Assembly (NCBI GenBank): GCA_016748015.1
Contig: JAAOMT010000263.1
Location: forward strand, 129,993-193,992
Reading direction: 5' to 3'
From: Geosiphon pyriformis uo1
Lineage: Eukaryota > Fungi > Glomeromycota
Length of the DNA stretch: 64,000 bases
A program made the translations under genes and the position numbers. Below the pieces are notes generated by a model. That model ran no database searches, was not told the origin of the DNA, and saw nothing but the letters and a program-made list of their open reading frames with translations. Numbering within the stretch: position 1 is the first letter of the stretch; each line of letters begins with the position of its first letter. This document shows positions 26,735-40,329 of the stretch, one piece after another.

Positions 26735-27943
26735 TTAAGCTAAAGCTTTGAGGAAAACAAAGGCGAGACCGAGATGGGCTTTTGTAGTTATATGTTCGCG
26801 ATCCCAAAAGAAGTAATCTTCAGGGTTAGAGCAAGGTTTCGCCAATTTGTCGACATTTTTAAAACAGGCTTCTTTTGTATTTGTGATATCAGCATACTGT
26901 TCTAAGCCAGTTGTATTCCTCTGGTATTTATTAAAATCGGCCGTGTAGATTATGGCATCAGGATATTTTGTCGTGAAACTGACGATGGAAATTTTCAGGG
27001 CTTCATTGTGTTTGAGATAAATTTCAAACGCTGTTGGTTTTAAATCCTTATCAACTAATTCGATGACAGGTAAAAGGGAGAAATCCGGGAGACTTGGTAC
27101 AAGGATATTTCGAACTCCGATTTCGTATAAGTTAACCCAGATTTTAGTAAGTCTCTCTACAACTTCCTCAGGCACTGCCGAGAGTTGAGTAGATTGATAA
27201 TCTGATCCAACAGGCCATGTCTATAAGAAAGGAAGAATTTTAGATTTTTATGATAACTTTTTTCGATATGATTTAATATTAGTCTGTCAAATAGCAAAGG
27301 AAAATGACTCACGGCTACTAAGGTTTTGTTCAAATCAGTCCCAAATTTTAATGTATCTTTGTATGCTTCGACTTGTTGTTTGAGGCCTGGTACTTCAACT
27401 TTCGTTCCGTTCACTTCAAGAAAGCCTATACAAATAGATTGTTATTAGGCATAAAAATTCTTGAATTAAAATAGAAATATTAAGAATTTTAAATTTATTC
27501 AATTACCTTGAATCACTTCATTGCTTTGATTAACGAAGAAAAGTTTAAGAATCTGTTAAAAACCTTTATCAGATAAAGATCGATCTCTTTCTTTTTACAT
27601 ACTCTGTAGATGCCCCAGCATACGCAAAGTCATTAATCTTCGCGCCTAAAAAACCAGCAAGATATTCTGGCCATACTGGACCATTTGAATAACGGCCTTG
27701 GTAGTAATCGTCGGTGAGAAGATCAGGTCCTGCCAACTTGTAAGCATTTCCATTATCTAGAACAACAGAGGGTTTACTCATTTCGCTTACTAGTATGTGA
27801 CTTTTCTCATTTTCACACTCACCTGAATATGAATCACCAAATACTACCAGCTTATTAAATTTTTTTCTTAAGGCTGGAAAGCCATCTGCTAACGAGGCAT
27901 AAGCCAAAAGGGTTAAGAACAATGCAGAAAAGTATTGATTCAT
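26735..27943 (-). CDS. Secreted GDSL/SGNH-family lipase/esterase, about 296 aa (exons 27943..27823, 27756..27603, 27523..27507, 27425..27313, 27220..26735)
   Basis: Signal peptide, FGDSYSDNGN, GRYSNGPVWPEYL, FAYAGA, YFFWDREHITT (D-x-x-H). The exons total 891 nt in frame. Confidence 0.9.
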
Positions 27944-29601
27944 AATAAAATCTCTAAATGAATTTGATTTCTGATTTCTCTTCTTGAGCAACAAGACAAT
28001 TTTATATAATTCCGACAAAAATCTCCCATAGTCATGTTAAGTGTTATCAAGTTAAATATTTATCAAACCTTTTGATTTGTTTCGACGAAGAAAATATAGT
28101 TATCATATATCGTGTGGTATGTTTACTAGCGTGGTGAAAGAAGATCTTGCAAATATCGCCAGAAATTTTTATGAGAATCGGCAAAATGTTCTAATGGTAT
28201 CGAATATTGTTTCAAAAAACTTTTGATGCATAAAAAGGTTGACTCCCTGTGGTGATTTGAAATCAAAAATCACTTTCAATAATAATAACTTGAACGATCT
28301 ATCAATAGCTTATTTTCCCCACGAGTTGTCTTTTAAATATTCAAGCCTCCCAAATATAAGTCCCTTAACAATTGATTCAATTGTAGCTCTTTTTCTTTAT
28401 AAATTTTACTATTTGACATTTTAACTAATTGAGGCCGCTAGAGCCTTAACGTTTTTTATAAATAAAGATAAAAGTTTGCTCATTTTTCACCATACATATT
28501 ATGAAGTTGAGAAATGCAAGGCAATTTCTTACATTCTCTCTTGAAAAACTTTGAATACTTTATCATTCTCTAGTTAATTATTGTACTTTAAAACTTCGGA
28601 AAAACCTTTTCAAATTATCTGAATCATTGATTTTAATTTTTAGACACAAAACATTTAGCACTTGTCAGGTTTTCTTAGTAAGTGTTTTTAGCTGAGCTTG
28701 AGAATAGAAATGCAGAGAAAATAATAGATTTCGTAGATTTACGTTGTCCATTTCCATGCTCCAATTAAGGTCAGACTTTCAAAGAATTTGATAAATTTAG
28801 GCCCAAAAATTAAAGAGTCTTTATCCATCGTAATTAAAATTATTCAGAAAATCCAAAATAAATGAATTCTAAATGCATTTAAATTTGAAACCCCAATTTT
28901 GCCTTACATTTTTGGTACTTGAGTCAGGACATTTTAAACCACAATGCAGCTCAAATTCAATTTTTTTTTGGATCTGAGGAAGTTCTAGACTCGAGGCTTT
29001 TTTAATAAGAGTTGCTAAAATCTAAGATATTTTATTTATTTATTTTTGAGTGTTTCAATTGACACCAATACTAAAATTGGTCTTTGCAACTAAATTCCAA
29101 AGAAGTTTAGAATCTATTATAAATCAACTTTCATTGCCAGTTTGATTTCCCGAGAATTTTTGATTGATTGAATAGAAGGTTCTGATTTTTCAGATCGACT
29201 CCTTAATCAAGAATTTATGCAAGTAAACCAGGAATTTTTTTTTTAGATTATATTACGATATCTGAATTGATAATAATTTTCATTAAAAGGAATAAAAAAC
29301 GCTCCCCTATAACAAATCTCTGCAATTCACTATCTGCAAGGATTATCCTCATTTTCAAAGAAAGAAATTCAGTTTTTTTAAATTTATACACGTTCTTTGC
29401 TTTCAGTAACTGATAACTTTCTGACCAAGATTTATTATAGGTTGAAGGCAGTTCCAAATTGACTAAATTACGGGGTTATACAAATAAAGTTTTAGCCCGT
29501 TATATTAACAGATTTTCGTATGACAAGCAGCCCACTGTGAAAAGCTTATCTTTTATACATTGCTGATTGTGGGAATCGACAAAAAAAAAATTTTTTCAAG
29601 A

Positions 29602-32563
29602 ATGTTAAAACTTCATCACGACCTTCATCCAGAGAAGAAAACGAGATCCCCATACTGGAAATCATTGGCCGAATTAGAAAAATGGCAACCAGGAACTGAT
29701 CAAGAAAATATTGCTAAAGTCTCGCTTCGCCCTCGTCCAGAATTTCGTACAGCAAAAACACGCGAAGAGAAAAATAAACAAGAAACGAAATTGATAGTCT
29801 GCCATGATATGGCAGGAGGTAATTACTAAACTTTGAATTTATTAATTATCTCTGATTTTTCTGCTCTACCATCGATTTGGAAAATTATTTGAATATTGTT
29901 AGGTTATCAAGAAGATTATTTCAAAATTGGATACAGCATTCAATATTGGCAATACGTGGACACTTTTATTTAGTAAGTATATTTGTTCCAATCATTCATT
30001 TCTGTGCTTTATAACGTCATGAGCTACATACCTTCTCGTGTCAAATTAAAATCATCAATATTTCAAATACAAAATGCTTTAGTTTTTCGCATAAGCGAGT
30101 AACTGTACCCCCTCCACAATGGACAAATGCAGCTCATCGTAATGGTGTTAAAATATTTGGCACATATCTCACTGAATGGGAAGGAGCTATTTCTGAAAAT
30201 GAATTATGGGTACGTGGGCCGAGTTCTGAAGAAAACTCGCAAGATACTGCAAATAACGATCGAAGCATAGTCAGCACGTTTTTTGCTGACAAATTGAGTA
30301 AGTCGAAATTCAAACATTTAAAGATCTCACGATTATTAAATTAGTTATTGTTATATACAAATTAAAACGTGTCCTTTTAAATCTTTTGAAATCGAAATTT
30401 TTTGAATAGTCCAAATGGCGGAATATTATAAATTCGATGGATGGTTCATAAATATTGAAGCTCCGTTGATTGGTGGTACTCCCCATGCAAACCAAGTGAT
30501 TCAATTCCTCAATTACCTAAAGATAGAAATGCATCGTCGAATTCCTGGCTCCGAGGTTTTATGGTAAGTTGTTATCCCTCCTCGTGAATGAGAAAAATGA
30601 TCTTTTTATGTAAAATCGTGACAAAAAATTAAAATTAGAATTTCTCATTTTGGCCAGGTACGATTCTGTTACCGTGGATGGAGCTGTTGCATGGCAAGAT
30701 CAATTAAATGATTTGAATTTTCCTTTTTTCCGGGTGAGTGATGGAATTTTTACGAATTATACCTGGCGCCAAGAATATCCAGCTCAATCAGCAATTACGG
30801 CAGGTAAAAAACGCAGGCGAGATGTTTTTACCGGAATTGATATTTGGGGTCGCAAGACATATGGTGGTGGCGGGTAGGTTTTGAGAACTGATATTTTACA
30901 CTTGGAGAAAAATCGAATCTTATTTAATAGTTAACGTTATTAATCTCAAATATCAGATATACCACGTATAAGGTAATTTTCAAAAAATGATTTATTACCA
31001 TCAAGTCTCAGATAAAAATAGTATTTCTTGCTTCAGGCATTAGAAGTGATCAGCAAAGCTAAGACTTCGGTTGCTTTATTTGCACCCGCTTGGACATTTG
31101 AGCATCTCGGTCAAGAAAATTTTTGGACAAATGATCGTTTGTTTTGGCTGGGAGGCTTTTCATCCCAGCTACCTTCCAAAGAAAGGGAAAATCTGGGAGA
31201 TGTTGGCACTACTGGTAATTTTAATTATTCTTGTAAGGACGAGATTAACTTGTAAATATTCATCAAAACTGAAAAAATTTTCAGTGAAAAATCCTGGAAT
31301 TGTCGATTATATTCAAGCAAGATATCCTCCAGATAACCAAAGCTTTTACACTAATTTTTCTAGGGGATGTGGCAATAAGTTTTTTATTGATGGAAAGGTA
31401 TGTTCTCTAACTCTAGAAATCAATTCAATAGAAAATATTAGTACTCAATAGATTGCTCTCATTAGTTGGTTCTGGAAAATCAAGATTGGTATCACCTTAG
31501 TCATCAGTCAATTCAGCCAAACATGGTGGCTAAGGAACTTTCACCACTCACATTTGATTATTCATTTGAGAAATCATTTCAGGGAGGTACCTCTCTTTTG
31601 GTTTCATCAAATAATCCCTCTCGACCAATCGTTGCGAGTCTCTCACTTTACGATCTAGATATTGAATTATCGACAACTAGACCAACTCGTATAGCAATCA
31701 CTTATCTTCCCGCTTTCGATGGTATCAGTATTGGTACTTTTATCAAGATAGGATCAAGTTCTCGTATTCAAGCAAAGTGTGCAGTTGACTTTCTCGGTGG
31801 TAATGATAACCGAGTCTCCAGTGATGGAAGTGATGGGAAGACAATTGTGGTTTTGTTATCCGAATCAATTTCAAAAAATAACATGAATCCAATAGCCAGT
31901 GTCAAAACATATAAACCCATAAATTACACAAGAGCTGGCGGATGGATCACTTCTGAATTTATATTGGAGCCAGTATTCTTCGTACCGTCCTTAAAAGATG
32001 CAAAGATTCAATTATCGATTCAAGAATTTGGATTGACTCTTTTCAAAAAATCATCAGATTCAGATCCCTTAACTCGAACTACGTTAGGATACATTGGTGA
32101 ACTCTCGATTGTGCCATTAATTGATGAACATACACCATTTAAAGAAGTTGTTCAAAACGTGCGATTTGAAATGCAGCATGTTGATCACAAGAAAGACCAA
32201 GGGCTCTTACGTATCTGGGGAAATGTTGTTTTTGAGTTAGGCATTCGAGTGAGCGATAATTCAACCTCCGACACTACGGTTCAATCTACAACAAGGTCAA
32301 ACACCTTTGCACATTATTATATTTACGTTGGGTTGTCCAAAGATACAGTGGCAAGGCCCGTTCTAGATGAGCTCACATTTTTGGGAATTGCCGATACTAA
32401 TAAATTTTGGATTGGCGGTTATGATGTCCGTTATGATAAAATCAAAAATGAAGGGGTAGGTTTGGTCATTTGGGTTCAGAGTGTAGAAGAAAAAAGTGGA
32501 GTCAAAACTGAAGCATTTGAATGGCGTCGTTGTTGGGTGAAACTTTCACGCTATGTTTTGTAA
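29602..32563 (+). CDS. ENGASE: Cytosolic endo-beta-N-acetylglucosaminidase (GH85), multi-exon
   Basis: LIVCHDMAGGY, FSHKRVTVPPPQWTNAAHRNGV, FDGWFINIE (catalytic N-x-E), WYDSVT, DGIFTNYTW, GIDIWGR, ALFAPAWTFE. Confidence 0.92.
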
Positions 32564-33790
32564 AGCGAAACTAAATTCGAACATAAAACCCTTACTCAAT
32601 ATTTATTCTTTAATTAAATTTTACTAAAAATTTCAATGGAGAATATATATAACTTTTTAATAAATTACACGCAGAAAAAGTTACACTCTTACCAAATCGA
32701 TATTGTGTTTATATTTATATCGAATATCCTAATTATATAATATTTGTAAAAGTGTTTCTCTGGGGCGAAATCTAAATTAATGAAAGAAATTTAAAAATAA
32801 AACTTACGACTTGAATATCCGCATAGCTGATATATAAAATATGCATTGTAATCTTTTTTTAAAAAGATCCATCATGTTGAATATATTTAATCATTTGGAA
32901 TTGAATGGTCTAATATGTTCAATTTATACGAAAACCGATATTAACATAAAATAAATTAGACAAATCAATCCTCGCATTTTTTTATAAGGGCAAATTTAAT
33001 TTTTGGAAAGTTTTTTTAATAAGGTTAAAATATTTTTTGAAAATGGGTTCATTCAGATAAAAAATAAAAACTTGTTACCTTTCTTCATAACTGGAATTGA
33101 AATATTAACAAAAATCATATTAATTGTCAAGATTTTTGAGTCATTTTCAGTCAAAATGGTTTTTTATTATTATAATTGTTGAATTAGTGATTGAAATTTG
33201 AAAAATATTATTGTGATTTTTATTTTACATAGAGTCTCGATTCATACTTTCAAATATATGTAAACCTAAATACAGTACATTAAAAACAAGGATGAAAATT
33301 TCAAAGTTTTTAGTACTGTGATGAAGACAAAAATTAAATAAAGAAGGATGATAAACAAAAAGAATTATTATGCAAGTGTAATAAAGTAGCAATAATCAAA
33401 TATAAAAAAAACTTGGCCAATATCTGTTATACTAATAAAAATTTCGTTCGATCGGAATACTTTATTTCGATGTTTTTGCAGTTGGGTGCCTTGAGCCAGT
33501 CTTGGATTGTGAAGGAACAAATATTCCGATAAATGAGTAACGGTTTCGGAAATTAACAAATTCGAAAGTTCCTTAAAAAATTGAGTAGATATTGGAAAAG
33601 TTGCATTTGCCGAAAAATAAAAGCTTTTAAAATGTACAAAAGAAGCGTAAAACTGACTAAGCTGAATAATAAGATATTGTTAAAGAATTTACAAAATGAA
33701 GTTGGGGAGGGAATTCAATGTATAAATATACAGTAATTTTTTGAAAAGAATTAATTTTTGATTCAATTTTTTGATTGTAATGGTTGAAAC

Positions 33791-34717
33791 TTATTTCAAA
33801 TTGCATTGTTTGTTCTTAATGTTGCTCTTGCCAACACATGGCCCTGGACTTCGTGTTCTTTTTTTGAAGCCTGAAGAAAAAGGTTTCAAAGCTGGTGTAA
33901 GTGATTTTTTAATCTTCACGGGAATGGAAACTTTATTAAGTGGCGATAGTTTGGATTGATCACAGGCTTTGTTGACACCAATTTTTGTGACCAATACATG
34001 ACTGATTCTATTCGACTTGCATGTATTTTTCTAGAAAAAAATTATAGAAGTAGAAAAATGTCAGAATGATATAAGATGTCATTGTGAATATATTTTATTT
34101 ATACAAACCGTTATAATGGGCCGAGATTTGTCGGAAGAAGTTGGTTTAAGTCCAGCCGAACAGTGCTCTACGAGTTTGAAAGCAATTTGGGTTTTGAACT
34201 CCTTTTTCAAATTTTTGTGTATAGTGGGGTTTTGCTTAGGCTTGAGGGTTTTCGGTGGTTGAGGCAGTGTCAAATTTGCCTTTACGGGTGGTAAATAATA
34301 TTCTAATCCCAATTGAAAACCGTAAGGAAGAGGTTCTTTGATAATTTCGGCTTTTGAAGATAGGTAGCGAATTGGCTTTGGTTTCTCGAGGCCAAGATAA
34401 CCATCAAATTTGATTGGGGGTATGCTGGAAATTTCAATTTGATTCTTATTTTGTAATATCGGTACAGAAGACTTCTTTTTAGAAGTGAGCATAGTGCTAG
34501 CTTGATCAGTTGGTTCGACTATTCTAGGCGGGAACCATTTTTCCAATGAACCTTTTTGTGTAACAGCATTTTTCTCAAGGACAACCTTTCTTTGGAGAAA
34601 ATTTAGAATAGGAGATGTTCTTTTGTTAGGTGCAATTAGTCCTAGATAAAAAGGAAAAGCATCGTTGTTTGATGATGATTGTGTTGAAGTGTTTTTGTGA
34701 AAGCGGGTGGAAGTCAT
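33791..34717 (-). CDS. Uncharacterised basic protein, family member 3, about 282 aa (exons 34717..34109, 34030..33791)
   Basis: Family motifs present. A 78-nt GT..AG phase-0 intron joins ORF 34079..34717 in frame to ORF 33791..33994. Confidence 0.75.
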
Positions 34718-37700
34718 TTGAAATACAAAAGATTGTGATTCAAAGAAAATAAAAAGAGAACTTGCAACGATGAATACTTTGATCTATCAAGACTTTGAAG
34801 TTTTATTTAATTCCGAATTTTTATAGATTTTTGAATGGCTTTCTTGATTAGATCTGATAGGCTAAAACTCCCAAATTTATTATTATATTTCGTTCCTAAA
34901 CTGTTCGAAGAGCTATTACACATAGATCATATATAAATAATCATTGAACTATTTTATATTACTGATCAATTTAATGTCATCAAAAAATTGACCCTGCAGC
35001 ATCTAGGAGGCTTTTAATTTAGAGCTGATTTAGGCATGATGATTTGTTTCTCGATTTTTAGCAATTGCAATTTTATATTCCAAAGTAATCAAAGATTGAT
35101 GCGGCCCATTATTGCAAAGGTAGTGTTTGAGCATTTAATGAACTCGTGCCCAACTTAGATTTTTATTTCGAATCTCATTTGTACATAAAGGTACGAGAAA
35201 AGTTTAAAGCTTTAAAGGTAGGAAGAGGATTAGTAAATTTTGACCTTACTAAATTATGACAATAATTGGAACCTCAAATTAAATAAGAATTGATTTTTCC
35301 AATAAGAGAACAGTGCATTATTTTTCAATACTAAACTGGAAAGTTTCTGTATAAAAGCTTATTATTTAACTTTGAAGTAAATCATTCTTTATTGTTGCAA
35401 AAAAGAGAGCTAAAACTGACCTTATGACAATTCACGTTGATTTCCTTAAATTAAAGAATATTTGATTGTTGTATTGTTCATCTATTCATATTTGGTTTGG
35501 GGGGAAAGGGCTTTTGAATTTTGAATGCATGGTCAATGCATGAAATAAGTGGGTTCACTTTTTGTTTTAGAGTTTTGCTCGGGTAATCGAGTGTAAAAAG
35601 GCTTTTAATAAAAATAAATTTTGAAATAATGTATTGCTTGAAATTCAACCTTTTTTTTTTTAGCAGTCACTTGAATTAAAAATATCTCATATTATATTGT
35701 ACGAAATTATGCGTTGAAAATTTATTTTCGTTGTCTCTTTGCTCTGCTTTATTATGCATTGAAAAATGTTCGAATTTTAAATTATTGCAGCGGACTAGGG
35801 AAAGATTTAATAGCAAGATATGTTTGGCAAAAAGGAGCACCGTCAAATGAAAAACAAACAAAAACTTTTTTAGCTCAATTTTTTTTTAAAAACTTTAATG
35901 ACCTTGATATTGTAATACTTACTAAAATAACTCATCTTCTTCAACATGAAAAAAAGGCTTTCTTATTTTCTGCATGAGAACTTTTTAGATCAAGTCAGAT
36001 TAGTTGAAAATAATGATGCAAGAAATCATATAGTCTTCCAATTGAAGATTAACTCCTTTCTATCAGCTGGTGAGTAAAACAAAATTTATTCATCATAAGA
36101 AAACCTGATGGTAAAGTATTGACCCACATGGGTTGAAGATATAAAAATTTTTGATGTTCAAATGTTTACTCTAAATAACCGAATAGAGCATCAAAAATGT
36201 GCTAAAAGAAATATATATATATATTGTAGCGAGATCGACATTTATATTTATTTGAAAATTAAATTATGATTATATTAAATAGTTTATTCATAAAAAAAAA
36301 TTACATGGAACAGCAAATTTGGTGTGCTGAAAGTCGTCCATAGATTTTCGCTCAGTTATTAATGATCTAGATACCGAGAAAGATCTTTGAAAATTTATTT
36401 TAAGCAGAAAAGGCTTCTTACTTTATTTCTTTGAAACGACTTGGTAACCTTTTTGTGAGGTTCGCAGTTGGTTAAAAAGCTTTGTCCAGACTTACTTACA
36501 GCCTTTGGTGTTCCTATAATTTTCGCTTGGATTTAAACTATTCTTGTAATTTATTTAAGTTTGGTAAGATATAAGTGTTGCATATATTGAAGTAATTTTT
36601 TTAAGACATTTTTGCATTTATTTTAGATCTAAATAAATAAATAAAATTACAAATGAAATCATGAGCTATTATTATCAAAATCATAAAGATTTTGAAAAAA
36701 TTCAAAAGACTCAATATTCAAAATAATTTTAAATGTGACGTCATGTTTAATTCAAAATAAAAAAAATAAAAAATGGATACTCTTAAGATAATTGCAAGTG
36801 AATTTTACTTAAAAAATTTATTCCTTATATTGACGCTAAAAAAAATTAAAAAATTGACTTTTTAATACTGGGATATTTTTAAAACTTTAAATAAAATTTA
36901 TTTTCAAAAAATTATAAACAAGTTTTACTCCTTCGACAATAATTTAAAATTTACAATCCATCGAATTTAAATTCTGGGTTTTGAAATAAGATAAAACCAT
37001 TTCTTTCTTTTTCAACAATTTTAGTTTTCAAAAATGATCAAAATATATAACTCAAAGAAAATTTTCTGTTTTATAAGCAAATCTAAAGCTTTTACATGAT
37101 TCATCAAGAAAAAATTTATTTCTCTTTAAAAAAAAATTGATTAATTTGATAAAATTCTTAGATTATAATATTAATAAAATAAGAAACAGTAATTTCATAT
37201 TTGAAATAATATTTATGCTTTAACATTTTAATATTAACTATAATTAAAATTTTATTTTATCTAAATCTATTGTAAATAACATTAAAATAGAAAAATCTAA
37301 ATCTAAAAATAAAAATGGTTTTTTGAAAAATGGATTCCCAATATTTTTATCACACGTATTATAATTATAATCATAAATGGATCAAAAGTTTACTATGAAA
37401 ATAAGATTGACAGCCAGGTTGGTGATTATGATTATTTTTCATTATTGACATATAAAATAACTCAAATCACTGTAACACTGTAGGAATGCAATGCTCAATT
37501 TAAAAGCACAAAATTTACACCTCATAATGGACCTTATTTTGGATATAAGATGGGAAAATGTTTTGATGACCCACATCCTCCGAGTTTTCAGTGAATTTAC
37601 GAAAAATTAATGAGAAAACCTTTTGAGAGTGAGTTGTAATAAAACAAAAATGACTTTGGGAATTTTTTTTAAAAAAAGCAAAGATGAACATGTTAAAAGA

Positions 37701-38410
37701 AGGTTATTTAATTTTCCATTAAATATTTTAAATTAAATTTTGTGTTTTACACTTGTTAATAATATTCATTACTAGATGTTTAAATTAAGAATATTGATAT
37801 GATAAACATTATTTTCCTAAAAAAAATCCCAAAATAAAAATAAAAATATATCAAAAATATATCACTTTCTAAAATTGGATTGAAATTAAATGGCTTCTTT
37901 TTTTCATTGAACTGCATGGTAAAACGGGGAGAGGGAGAGGGAGAGGGAGGGGGAAGGGGAGGTTTCTGGTTTAAAAATAAAATCTTGATTCTTTTGCGAT
38001 TGGCGTCCTTGGGATGAATAATGATCCATCTGTTTTTGATTTTAATTATGATCATCACAATCGAACGCTGAATATGCAGAACAAGGAAAAATTTTCAAAG
38101 GGAAAAAAGCATTATACATGTGTTCAATTATTTTCGGAACGGCTTTCAAGAAATCCAGGTTTGTGAACCTGCAAGATTGTTGTTATTCACCCCATTGACT
38201 ACCTTTTATCATGAGATTCTGAGATGAGAATTTTTAAAATATCTTTTTCAGTGTGAGTGTGGGAAATTGTGATATTTTTGATTTTAAAGTATTATTAGAT
38301 AAAATTTTCCCGATTATATTAATGTTCAATTGAGTTCATTAATTTCGAAATTGTTTTTTATAATTTTTAAAAAAAAAATTAAAAGATTAAAATCCTATTC
38401 AGAAACGTTT

Positions 38411-39755
38411 TTAATAGAGCTTTAATTTGATCCTCTGACTAAATTTTTTTTCAATAGTAACTAATTTTTGAGTTTGTTCGGACGATATTAAATTCGCCTG
38501 ACACCAAGCAGATACCGAAATTAGAATCTGTTGTTGAAACGAGTTCCAATAATTATGAAATTGATACGGTATATAAAGAGCTTCTTCCAATTTCAATTGA
38601 TAATGATTAATCACCATCGTAGCTATCAGTCTATTAAATGAATAAGTTGATTTAATTATTTGAATGGTTTCTAATTTTGGAAATATGGCATGTGTTAATA
38701 GGGATAGGTGTGATTCTGAGGCGAAAAAACAATTTTTGATAACAAGATGTTGAAGGTTTTGACAGGTAACTAAAGCGGAAAATATTGATCTTGATGATTT
38801 AGTTGAATCTTCGAAATTCACGTAAACAATTTCCAAAGTACGGAGGGATGCTGATTGTGCACCAATCGATTGCAGCATAATCAAGGGATAAGTACCATGT
38901 GCGAAAATCATAAATGATCTCAAACACTTTAGCTTTCCCATAAATTTTTCAAAGATTCTTTCATTCAGTGGACATAAGGGTGGTGAAAGTGCGTAATCAA
39001 GAATTTCCAAGCTTTCAATATTTGGTAAGCACTTTGCCAGATCTAGTAGCATCCTCCAGTTTGGAATATAATGTAACGAAAGTTTTTGAACATTTAACAA
39101 AGAATAAGAAGGGAGAGATTTTTGAAAATGGGATATTATAGCTGGGTATTGATGCCAGATTCTGTTGGGTCCCCAGTCACATGAGAGCGATTTAAGAGGG
39201 GAGGAGGGATTTTGAGCATTTATTGTGAAGATTAATTTGCATAAGACATCCCAAAGAGTTTTAGCATTTTTTTCAACTGCCCAACTAAAAAGTTGATTGA
39301 TTGATTGATTGATTAAATTTTTCAATCAAGAAATTCAATTTTGCTCGAATAGAAATAAAGTGTTCAATATTTCTTTACCTCCGTGGTTTTGCTTCTATCC
39401 ATCTCTCGACAGCCTCATACAACTTTCCCAAAATCAATTGTTTCAAAAATGCCACATAGTTTACATTGGGTTTACACATTTTACTGTTATTCACAGGGAA
39501 ACCACGCCACCAAAGTTGTTTTCGATCCTTATATGGCAAACACATTGTATACAATTCTATAATTTTAGGCAAGTAAATATACTCGAATGGATAAGCCCAA
39601 ATTTTCGGAACAGCTGCTTGATTCCATGCTCGATTTACGTTTATGAAAGAGCTTATCGATTTTTTGTCGTTTTCTAGATAAAAGAGGATACAAAAAAGAA
39701 CATCGGCTGGAAGGTTAATGTTTTTTTTTGGTTTGGTTTTCAAAAGTTTGACCAT
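38411..39755 (-). CDS. F-box/LRR (RNI-like) protein, about 416 aa (exons 39755..39379, 39284..38411)
   Basis: LPADVLFCILFYL...VNRAW..AVPKIW..PF F-box and NYVAFLKQL, followed by LxxLxI repeats. A phase-2 intron links the two ORFs. Confidence 0.82.
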
Positions 39756-40273
39756 TAATGTAAGATTAATTTATTTATTTAATTTAGAGGAAGATAGTGA
39801 TTAAGATTGACGTCAAAAAATAATTTTATTAACGTTAGGGGAGGAGGGAGGTACTAATATTTGAAAAAAATTATTTTTTAAAATAAGAAACCAAGAGTTA
39901 TTCCGTGTCTAGTAGATGTACATGTATTTATTTAATTTTGCAAAATCCGCTAATCTTATTTAGAATATTACGTTAATCGATAAATTATCATTATCTCTAT
40001 TAGATAAAAATTTAACCATGAAAATAGATGTAAAGTTTTTTTTTTTATCTAATCTAACAAATCTTTTTACATTACCCTCGTCTAGTCAAAATTATTTCAA
40101 TATTGAAGCAACAGCAAAGTACATGTATCTCGCATTGTTATGAATGATTCCAAAACAAGAAACTGAGTTCACATTGACCAAGTGTTTTGGCAACTCAATG
40201 TCAGCTTTACTGTCGATTTTTATCATTATTCTACGATTTTGAAGTTGTACTGGATAATAAAATGGGTAGCAGA

Positions 40274-40329
40274 CATACTACATACATACTACATACATAC
40301 TACATACATAATACATGCATACTACATAC
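40274..40329. repeat. (CATACTACATA)n minisatellite
   Basis: About 5 imperfect 11-bp units, visible directly. Confidence 0.8.

Noticed and set aside
29067-29085. ATACTAAAATTGG resembling part of U6 snRNA
   Set aside because: No ACAGAGA box or further U6 similarity follows.
37780-38058. ORF with a PPLPPPSPSPSP tract
   Set aside because: It derives from a (GGGAGA)n microsatellite and the flanks are low-complexity.
38411-39755. Apparent split or frameshifted F-box gene
   Set aside because: A 94-nt GT-AG intron (39378..39285) restores the frame.
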